Positions 25,558 to 35,154 of a stretch of DNA of 64,000 bases are shown here, in pieces (positions within the stretch are counted from its first letter, which is position 1; every line of letters begins with the position of its first letter). The notes beneath the pieces were generated by a model. The model searched no databases. It saw nothing but the letters and a program-made list of their open reading frames with translations, and was not told the DNA's origin. Origin of the DNA: Macrostomum hystrix (Eukaryota > Animalia > Platyhelminthes). The stretch spans positions 15,500,001-15,564,000 of the forward strand of contig CATNEN010000039.1 in the NCBI GenBank assembly GCA_950097015.1, given 5' to 3'. The translations under genes were made by a program, and so were the position numbers.

Positions 25558-25953
25558 AGGATTAATTGAGGTCTTAGCGCGATTAATTGTAAATAAACTA
25601 CTTGTACATAGATTGCTTACAAATAAAAATATGCAAAAAAGAATATAAAAATTATAAAAAGATAAATAAATAAATAGAAGTGCTTGACCATACACAGACA
25701 AAGTTACAAACAAATCACATACACACACGCGCATCAATTAATGAAAAGTACAAAGATGAGACGACGTGAATTCGGTGAAAACGAGAAGTCATTGTGAGAA
25801 TTAGAAGTCATTGTGACAACGAGAAGTCATGAGAAATATTTGAGAAGTTGTTGACAAAATTAAGAGTGCAAGAGGTACGCTTAACCTGGCCAGCTTAAAG
25901 TTCTGACCCAGCTACCAAATGCAAAGAAACAGAAAATAGAATCCAAAGACGAA

Positions 25954-28140
25954 TTGAAGGAAGACAGCCCGACAGTGGACAGTCAGCTAGGACTGATTCA
26001 GCCGTTAGAAGTACAGAGAACCTGCGAGACCGACACCGACATTCCCACCAATATGGTCGACGGCCGTCGTGTCACTGTCCCAGGAATCGAAGAAGAGATG
26101 CCAGCAAAACAGTTGACTAGCGGAAGCTCACTGAAGCATCAAAGCTGTCAGACTGACCTGGAAATTCTCAAGGAGCCGAAAGTGCAAGAAGAAGACGATG
26201 ACGATGAAGAAGAATTCGAGGATGCCAGAGATTATTTCGAAGACGAAGAAGTTGAGGAAGAGAGATGTCGGAAACTTCTTACTGACTATCTCGAGGTTCC
26301 ACTAAAGAAGGAGCAGTTGGTTCAAGCCCAGCAAGAAGACTCCTCTGTGAGAACACTGATAGATTGGAAGAAGAGTGCAGTAGAGAAACCGACAGAAGAC
26401 AAAGTGTCAGAGGAATTGAAGAAGATGGTGAAGTACTATGAGCAGATGAAGTTCGAAGACGATTTATTGACAATCCAAGAAGAGGGAGTCAGAAAAGTCG
26501 TGTTACCGAAGAATATCGAGGAAGCTGTATTCAGAGAGTTACATGATAGTCCTTTAGCAGGTCACCTAGGCCGTGACAAAACCACGCAGAGAGTGCGTGA
26601 GCGGTTCTGGAGACCCGGACTGGTAACTGCAGTAGAAAAGTACATTTCGGAATGTATAACTTGCTTAGAGAGCAAAGCGGGACATCGGATCCCAGCACCT
26701 GTGCAGAATTTTCCTATTTGTGAGCCGTTTGAACGTCTTCATTTAGATTTTATTGGCCCTGTGTCCAAGGACAGCCGAAGAGGACATAAGTATGTGTTGA
26801 CAATAGTGGACAGTACTACTAGATTTCCATTCGCGTTTCCAACAAGAAATCAGAAATCAGACACCGTTATTAAAATACTACAAGAGAGAGTGTTCGCAGA
26901 ATACGGACAGTGTAAATGGATACACACTGATAACGGAAAATCATTCACTAGCCGACAGTTTCAATCCTTCTGTGAGCTGTATGGGATTAAGCATACATGC
27001 ACTACACCCTACCATGCTCAGAGTAACGGTCTAGTTGAAAGATTTAACGGTCAAATCAAATCGATTGTGACATGTCTAATCAACAAAGATCACTCAGACT
27101 GGGATCTAATGATTCCAGCCGCGCTTGTAACAGTGCGTACGAGTGTAAATCAAACTACCGGATATTCGCCTCATTATCTTCTATTTGGGCGTGAAGCAAC
27201 TTTGCCCATAGACAATATCATTAAGAGACCACATGAATTCGCTAATTATCCCAGCTATGTGAAAAATCATGCAGAAAGACTGGAAAAAGCTACTAAGATC
27301 GTCAATAAGAAATTGGAAAAGATCCATGAACAAAGGAAAGAAAAAGCCGACTGTGCAAAGAAACCTAAAGAGATTGCCATTGGAGGAATTGTCTTATTAA
27401 ATAATCCACAATTACAGCAGGAAGAAAGCCATAAGTTCCACAGAAAGAAACGAGCAGCCTATCGAGTACTTGCCAAATTATCCGACACAGTCTATCGAGT
27501 GCAAAGAGAAGTTAATGGAGAAAGAGTAGGAGATAAACTTATTGTCCACAGAAATAATATCACACCAGTGCCGAATTCAACAATCTCATTAACAGACACG
27601 AATAAAGTCACACAGCCAAAACATAAGGGAGGTCAAAGCAATAATCACAGCACACAGCCAAAACATAAGGGAGGTCAAGTAACTTCAAAGAAAATTATTC
27701 CGAAAGTAATCCTTATTAACGAAGAAGAAGAATCCGAAGAAGACGAAAGAATAAGGTGGAGAGCAAATGCTGGAGATAGTGAATCTGACATCGAAATTGA
27801 CCAAGAGCCAGAGCAGAGTGAAAGTGAAGAAAGCGAAGATGGAGATGACTCAGAAGAGACAGAGCCTGCGATAGAAGAAAATGTACAGTCCGAAGATGAG
27901 CCTGCAGAGAATGAACAACAAGAAATCGAACAGTCAGAAGGGGAGAGCGAAAACAATGTACATACCGAGAGAGCTCACGGCTACAACCTACGACCAAGGC
28001 ATGAGCAGCCTAGCCAGCCTAGACCCCATGAGTCAGGCAATGCGAGAGGAGGGTTGCGTCACACCCAGCCAGGCTCACAAGGTTTTGTGCCCCGCGAGCG
28101 ATATCGACGATACATACCCCACGGAGAGGGCGAACAATAG
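25954..28140 (+). CDS. Gypsy-type integrase (HHCC + DDE core) with acidic extensions; true start uncertain (frame open from 25885, first ATG at 26053)
   Basis: HDSPLAGHLGRDKT..CITC, LHLDFIGP, TDNGKSF, YHAQSNGLVERFN, TGYSP..LLFGR, YNLRPR. Confidence 0.93.
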   Translation: MKEDSPTVDSQLGLIQPLEVQRTCETDTDIPTNMVDGRRVTVPGIEEEMPAKQLTSGSSLKHQSCQTDLEILKEPKVQEEDDDDEEEFEDARDYFEDEEVEEERCRKLLTDYLEVPLKKEQLVQAQQEDSSVRTLIDWKKSAVEKPTEDKVSEELKKMVKYYEQMKFEDDLLTIQEEGVRKVVLPKNIEEAVFRELHDSPLAGHLGRDKTTQRVRERFWRPGLVTAVEKYISECITCLESKAGHRIPAPVQNFPICEPFERLHLDFIGPVSKDSRRGHKYVLTIVDSTTRFPFAFPTRNQKSDTVIKILQERVFAEYGQCKWIHTDNGKSFTSRQFQSFCELYGIKHTCTTPYHAQSNGLVERFNGQIKSIVTCLINKDHSDWDLMIPAALVTVRTSVNQTTGYSPHYLLFGREATLPIDNIIKRPHEFANYPSYVKNHAERLEKATKIVNKKLEKIHEQRKEKADCAKKPKEIAIGGIVLLNNPQLQQEESHKFHRKKRAAYRVLAKLSDTVYRVQREVNGERVGDKLIVHRNNITPVPNSTISLTDTNKVTQPKHKGGQSNNHSTQPKHKGGQVTSKKIIPKVILINEEEESEEDERIRWRANAGDSESDIEIDQEPEQSESEESEDGDDSEETEPAIEENVQSEDEPAENEQQEIEQSEGESENNVHTERAHGYNLRPRHEQPSQPRPHESGNARGGLRHTQPGSQGFVPRERYRRYIPHGEGEQ

Positions 28141-28537
28141 GCTATTACATAACAGTGGGAGGCCAATTTATTGAGATTGCCATTTAATCCTGTGTAATCT
28201 GATTAATCTGCAAATCAATACTTAAGATAATCTGCAATAAAAACTAAGCCATAAAAGTTATCAAAAAAGTATAAAAACATAACTACTCAGAAAATCATAA
28301 TCTATAAAAAGAGTATAAACATGAAAATATTGGACTAAGAAATAATGTCAGTAACTAAAATCAAAGTTGGTGACTTATTAAATCAAAAAGTAAAGGTGTC
28401 AAAAGTGGCCCTCAGTCGGAGTGGGGGGGGCTGGACACAATGATGCGGTCCAGTTCGGACCCCATATCCTCAGACCACCAGAGTCAGAGATTGGAACTAA
28501 AATATAGCCGTCACCATACTCAGACCTATTCTTAGAT

Positions 28538-29242
28538 ATGGATCAAGACCTAGACAACTTCCTTGAAAGCCTATTGAGTGAGGATCAGCCTAAAGAGAAC
28601 CAAGGATTACCGGCTCCGGAGCGCCAGTCTACTCGGCCCAAACCACCACCGAGCATGCCAGCAAAACGGCCGAGGATTCCATCACCGGTTGGTGTCAAGC
28701 AGACGAAAGTCATTGATCGCCCGCCAGACCAGCCGCCGAAAGTACTACGAGTCAGCATCGGTGGAGCCACAGCTAAACCTTCATCATTGCCTGGAGGAGC
28801 AGCAGCGGCCCCGCCTGTCCGGTCAGCTCGACAATCGGCAGGACCAGCAGGGCAACCGAACCCGACACCCAGGGAGTCGACCCCGGTCAGGACGGACCTG
28901 CGACAGCAGCTGCAGCCAGGTCCCACCAGCAACGAGGATGACGAGCGCGACCAGCTGGTACATGAATTCAAGTGGTATTTACTGCGCGTCGCCAGCCCGA
29001 CATTTGATCAACAGTACCCGCAAAGGTCTGGTGTGTGGCCGAACGTCCGGACCATGAAGGAACGGTTCAATCGAGACCAGGCCGTGGGAATCCTACAGGA
29101 TGCAGCGCAGGGAGTACATAAAGCGCTGCCTTCCATCGAACGGACTGTTTTCCGCCAGACGATTAACGTGGAACTGTGCTGGCTATTCTGTCAGATAGGA
29201 TGGAAATACTATCGTGATCTGCCGGCTCCATGTGAATTTTAA
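28538..29242 (+). CDS. Orphan ORF3 of the LTR element (234 aa; Pro-rich N-half, predicted helical C-half)
   Basis: ATG-to-stop, GC-rich ORF between integrase and PPT; no family recognised. Confidence 0.6.
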   Translation: MDQDLDNFLESLLSEDQPKENQGLPAPERQSTRPKPPPSMPAKRPRIPSPVGVKQTKVIDRPPDQPPKVLRVSIGGATAKPSSLPGGAAAAPPVRSARQSAGPAGQPNPTPRESTPVRTDLRQQLQPGPTSNEDDERDQLVHEFKWYLLRVASPTFDQQYPQRSGVWPNVRTMKERFNRDQAVGILQDAAQGVHKALPSIERTVFRQTINVELCWLFCQIGWKYYRDLPAPCEF

Positions 29243-29498
29243 AAAGGTGAAATTGACTATTATAAGCAGAATTAACAATACCTCTAGTACTATTCTCATT
29301 TATATGTTGTCTTTTTCTAGCAGTCTATCATTTCGCTATCTTTATTACTATGTGTCTAGCTTATTATTTGGATTATGTCATGTTATTGTATTATTATTGC
29401 CAAATGTTGCATATATCTATTTTTACTAAATGCTTGCTACAATATGTACATAGAATTCTTTTTCTCACTTGCTGCGCGCATTCAAAAAATGAATTATT

Positions 29499-29510
29499 AG
29501 GGAGGTCAGT
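29499..29510 (+). promoter_or_regulatory. Polypurine tract region
   Basis: agggaggtcagt immediately before the 3' LTR. Confidence 0.6.
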
Positions 29511-30163
29511 TGATGTAGACCGATTTCAAAACCGAAAAACCGCCAATTTTGTTTTAATACACGTAAAATGCAATTATTTGTTTTAAATGCGAAAATCTTT
29601 TATATTTTGTTTTAATACACGTAAAATACAATTATTTGTTTTAAATGCGGAAATACGTTGTTTTAATAGGGTATAATTATTTGTTTTAAATGATACGTTT
29701 TTGGGTATAAATACAGGAGTAAAATTGAGAGGAAAACTAACCTTGTTCAACGCAGTTGACAACAAAGTTCGTATAACATACTCAGAATCGTGTTCTTTCA
29801 TTCTTTTAAAACATACGGAGACAAATACCAAGAAAGATTCAAGAGAAAGAAAGATATAGAAAGTATTGCTGTACACTTGAGATCATTGGTAACGCTCTTT
29901 GGAAAGCCTATACTCAGAAATACATCCATGCGATAATTAATCGGCCAGAATAACTAAATACGCTACCTTAGACCAACTAAAGACGATATTCAAAGATAAC
30001 TAAATACGCTACCAAGAAATTCTTTTGGATATATAGAATACATTCTCAGAAATTAATTCTAAGAAACATTAACAGTAAAGATTACAACAACTTTGGGAAC
30101 AGCAGTGGGATTCGCATTATTGGAAATAAAATTTAGTAATAATATAGACAGAGGCCTACAACA
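29511..30163 (+). repeat. 3' LTR
   Basis: Direct repeat of 24565-25217 (offset 4946). Confidence 0.95.
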
Positions 30164-33100
30164 AATGCGATAACCTAACTGTATGATGAATGTATTTTAT
30201 TTCGTAACATTAATACATAATATAACCCTTAGGTTAACATAGGGTGCTTTCCTGTGTAGGGTCAGGGCTAAGGAACAGAAACAGCGCATAGACGGCACAC
30301 AGATGGCGCACAGACGGCGCACAGATTGTCCCTCCAAAATTTATTCCGGCGCACACTCTGCCACCTTCCTGACTATGGTCATCAACCAGTGTACTTCAAA
30401 ACTGAACAAAAATTTTGACTCTTTCCTTGGTCTCGTGCAAGACAGAAACAAGCTAGTGTGTTTCATAGAACATCTAATTAGAAAGTTGAAGAAATTATCT
30501 ACAAGCTGAGGCATGATGTTCAATGAAGCATTAGGAGGAAAAAAAGATATTGATGTTTCAGTAGAATTTTTTATTGCAAAAGCATACTTTTTGACAACAA
30601 TTTTTCAGTAGGTACTTTAGACAAAGATTGTATGTGGTTGCTTGCCAATAGCCAATTAAATGACCATAAATGTAGTTATTTATAGAGCATGAAAAATGCT
30701 TTCAAATGACATAATCTATGATACACTCCTTAAAATAAGATTAAACCACTCACTCAAATTGTAAAACCAAACATCAAATTCTCTGTTTGGTTTGAAGATA
30801 CATAAAAATCATTGTTTGGTTTTAGATAAAAAGCAGGAATAACTTTTGTCTATTTGACAAAATAGCAAAAGCAGAAACTTTTTAGAAAGATGTAACTGTT
30901 TTCTATAACTTGGATTTTGATTTATCATCATATCTTAAATAGAAAATCTGTAGCTTAGGTTTGAAGTTAAAAAATAAACATTCTTGTTTGGTTGATGATA
31001 CATTACCCTATATATAATAATGATGGTAAATTATTGAACTGTTCTTAAATTATGACATGCATGTATTTGATTATATTTTTTCTTCTGTTTTAATAATAAT
31101 TGGTAAGTTTTTTATGATTCCCAGAATACATTTTATAATTTGTACTTAACCTAATTGTTGAATACAAAATGTTAGCCCTGATCATTTTTTATGTAGATTG
31201 GTATATGGCAAGAAATATTCACTTATGTCCAGCATATACTCTGCCATGACAATCCAGAGTATGGATGGAATATATATCGTCTTAAGACTAAATTGTTAAG
31301 CAATAGAAAATCAAGGAATCTCAAGTTTTTATTTAAGCTAATATAAAACATACTACCAGCTTATACAGTTAATAATATTGCTTAGTTATAACATGTTTAT
31401 AATTCTTAACATTAGAGTTAGACAGCCTAAAGATCTAGGCCCATAGCCGCCTAGATATCAAACAAGCCTATGCACTATACTACAGTCTAACATGCAATGG
31501 CTCACAGCACTCCAACGTAGGCGCTCTTCTGCTGAATATGTCTCGAATCGGCCATCACTCAGTTTTAAAGTCTGACTAAAGTACTTAGTACTATTATACC
31601 ACAATATGCAGTATGTTGAGTTCAATTTAATCTCCTGGACTCGAGTTAGTGGATTCTGTCTTAATAGCCTTTTTGAGGAGGAAGATTTGGGCGTGGTAGT
31701 GATTGAGCTCTGCATTGGAGCGGTATGTTTGATATGCAACAGAATAAATGCCTACAATATGCGAGATTTAGAAATTAGAAATCCAGGACAGCAGTAAAGT
31801 AAAGAAAGTGTAAAGTAAAGAATATATAATTTATGTGATGTATGTGATAAATAAAAGAAAAAGAATAGCGAGAAAAAGCTGGCAAAAATGTTCAAATGTT
31901 AGGTGTTAAAACAAAAACAGTTAATTATCTATAATCGCGGCCCTTGTACGTTAGACAAATGTGCATATATATTTCGCTTAAATAGTTTCTTATTACTTAT
32001 TTTTTAATTTTAATGGTGTTTGTGGTTTACCAACGAACACTGGAATCTGCCAGTTTTATACAAATTGCACAATATGTTCAGTTCTAGGGAAAGAATATTT
32101 AAAATACCTGTTGAACGGTATCGTTCGAAATCGTTATGCATGTATCGTTATGCATGTGTGCACTTAAATATTCGCTATATACAATGTTAACTTCGGAAAA
32201 TATTAAATGTACAAATTATTTTGCATACTTATCAGGTTGACTTGTCAGATCTGACCATATCTGTGAAAAAACCAAAAAAAGTAAACTGAATGACTATACC
32301 AAAAATTTTATTGTTTCTCACTTCCAAAATGTTGTAAATCATTTATGAACTGACTTTTCAAGACAATAGTTGTTGGTGAAAACATTATTTTTTTATTTAC
32401 TATAGCTGTGACATCTTACTGTCTCTTGCCGGATCTGATCATATCTGTCAAGAAACCCAAAGGAAGCAGACTTAATGACAATTAGAAAAAATGGAATTTT
32501 TTTACTACAAGAATAACTGCAACACAGTTAAATTTGTTTTTTTGGTAGCCGTGACAGTTAGCGCATATTTTATTTTCTTACCTATTCCTAACAGATCTTA
32601 GCAGTTCTGCCAAGATTTTATAGGATAAGTCAGATCTTACAAGGCAGAATGTAAGATTGTCAACTAGGGAACAAGCGGAGCGTGGTCGGGCGGGGAGAGA
32701 CAAAAAAAGTGGACTGGTTTGCACGTGCTTCTCACAGTGTGAGGCGAATTGCGGAGAACGATAAAAGTCACTGCAAAAGCACGCTTCCTTTTATAGAGTC
32801 ATTTTAACCCCAAATTAGGTCGATCGGCGAGGTGGATGCCTGGCTGTAGCTTGAGCCAAGGCGAAAAATCACAGTAGACTTGCGACCGCCGTTCTGAGCC
32901 CCGGGGTCGCTTCTTGCCGAGGGTAGACAGGTAGTGAGGCCCGGTCGCTCGCTGATTGGCCGGGACTGTAGCTCAGGGGTAGCGCTCGCGGGGTGGTGGG
33001 CGTCCGTTCTCCCGGTTGGTCCGGCCCGGCTTGGCGTGGGTGACTTTTAGCAAAAAAACACGTGTCTAAAAATAAGTATTGAATAATAACACGGGGAGAT

Positions 33101-35154
33101 AGAAGGGCAAACAAGCTGACACTACACCTTCCTGTAGATATTCTTGCCGTCTTTTTTATACGTGAATAAATGTGTACTGTACAAAGTTGTAAGTTGCCGG
33201 TGGCCGCTTTGAACTATGAACAACGCAACTCCAAATGGTTACAAGGCCTATTTTGAGCAATTAACGAACCGAGCGCACAGGTCTGGCCGCCAATCACCGT
33301 AATTGTGTATTCATACAAGCTGGTCCAATCAGCGTACAATGCTCTATTTGAATATTATACAGTAAAATAAGTATTAAAAGAGCAAAATACAATAAACACA
33401 ATACAGCGGGGAGAAGTACGGTACGAATGCAGTACATAATAATATAATAACATCGTGAACAAAAAATATGAAATGGAAAATACAAATAATAATATTTAAA
33501 ATAGCAGGTGTAATAAAATATAATGATTTAGAATCAATTCATTATTACGAAATTCGATTAGTAGTCAGTTCTTGGAGTTAGCGCTGCGCACTCTGACTTC
33601 AGGATTATATAGCTGTTAGCATAATAGAATTGTAGCTCGTTAGTAAAAATGTTGCTTGCATAGAATACTTATCTTTTGAGCTTAAGTTAGTCAGCAATTT
33701 CAAAGCAATTACGTCAGCTAATAGTCCCGAGCGGCGCAGCAATTGACTATAAATACTTGTCTATTTAACTTGAATGACTATACATAAGTTAATCGGTTCA
33801 CAAGCAACTACACTTAACCGTCACGCCAGTTACTTCGCTTAAAGACGCAAATACAGCGCAATTAACGTATTTTAGATAAAAAGGAAATACATGCAGTATA
33901 ACAATACTATAAATTAAGTAATAAGCGCCGTACAATATAACAGGAGAGTAATAATTAAATACAATGCAAAAATAAGTTGTAACATAAGGGCACAATAACT
34001 TTTAATAATAATTAAAAGCGTACTAATTCAATTTAATTTAATTAATTTGCGATACAAAAATACATTACACAGGAGCATCATACCACAGTTAGAAATCGCA
34101 TCTTTACTTCGTTTTTTATTTTGCTGTACGATTGCATCATTCTAATGCAGCAATTTTTAGCGTATTTATGTTCTAGTATAGTGACGTTTATCGAACTTTC
34201 GATTTCATATCTATTTTGCTTTGATTTTGCTGAAAGTTTTTCCTGGTACTGATCCTGGTACTGCCTGGACTGGACCGTACCGTACTGGAAGTATAGACGT
34301 GTGGGAAACATCCTTTGTTGTTGTTGTATTAAAAGTCCTCTACAAACATTTCTTGTATATTGTACTAACTTATTGTAATTCATCTTTTTACCTCTATTTT
34401 GACATACATTGTCAATCTGTAGGCCTATCCAGACCTCCATTTATAGGCACCATATATTTAATTTTATATACAATTGAAAAATCATTTTATGAGTTCTCTA
34501 ATAGTGAAAGTCATAAAATTACTTTTGTAGTTCTATTAGCTTTGCTGTGAAGGCAAAACTAGGAAGTAGAAGAAAGAAAAGATATATCCAGGTACAAGAT
34601 GTACATCATTAAGTTTTTATTTAGCTTTAGACTGTTAGCTATAATTAATATTCATTAATAAAATTGTGCTGATCAGGCTCTAGTTTTTAGCAGTCTTTAT
34701 GTCTGATAATTGTATACTGTTAGCATTAGCAAGCAAGTAAATTGAATAAGTAGCAGAGCACTTATCACATTTGTCTCTTGCACCATAGTCTCTAAGTTTG
34801 ATTCTACAGCAGTGCCAAATTTATTTGGGGCACAGCTACAGAGAAAAGGCTTAGAGGCTTGTTGTGAAATTTATGCCTTTGAGAGCCAACCTCCAAGACA
34901 CATTAAAGTGCACACTCCTTTACAATGAAAAAGTTAGGGTAGATGTACATACCTGTGTGAGTATGTGCCTGTGTGATTAGAAGTCAGCAGAATTTGCAGA
35001 AATGCCTCCCCACTTGCTATGGGTCTAGTGTCACTAAATGATGTGCTATTGTCTGCAGCCCTCCTGCAATTATTATATTATTAGCAAGCAAGTGTATTAT
35101 GATTACCTATCTGCTATAGCCATATTCATTCAACCAAATCACTGAAATCTCCAG

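Larger units (their letters stand above)
24565..30163 (+). mobile_element. Ty3/Gypsy-type LTR element encoding integrase but no recognisable Gag/PR/RT/RNase H
   Basis: Two 653-bp TG..CA LTRs, 4-bp TSD aatg, PBS, PPT, integrase ORF. Confidence 0.93.
24180..30378. mobile_element. CCATAGTC-family MITE (~0.6 kb) split by an LTR element
   Basis: Perfect 19-bp TIR CCATAGTCAGGAAGGTGGC; 8-bp TSD tcatcaac at 24172-24179 and 30379-30386. Confidence 0.92.
21205..32669 (-). mobile_element. Non-autonomous CACTA/EnSpm element (element 4) hosting nested insertions
   Basis: TIR CCCTAGTYGACAAT, 2-bp TSD AA on both sides, gatctggcaagat-like subterminal repeats at both ends, transposase C-terminal remnant inside. 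Confidence 0.85.

Noticed and set aside
24565-30163. Ginger or Polinton interpretation of the lone integrase
   Set aside because: Bounded by long direct repeats with PBS/PPT rather than long TIRs; no PolB or capsid genes.
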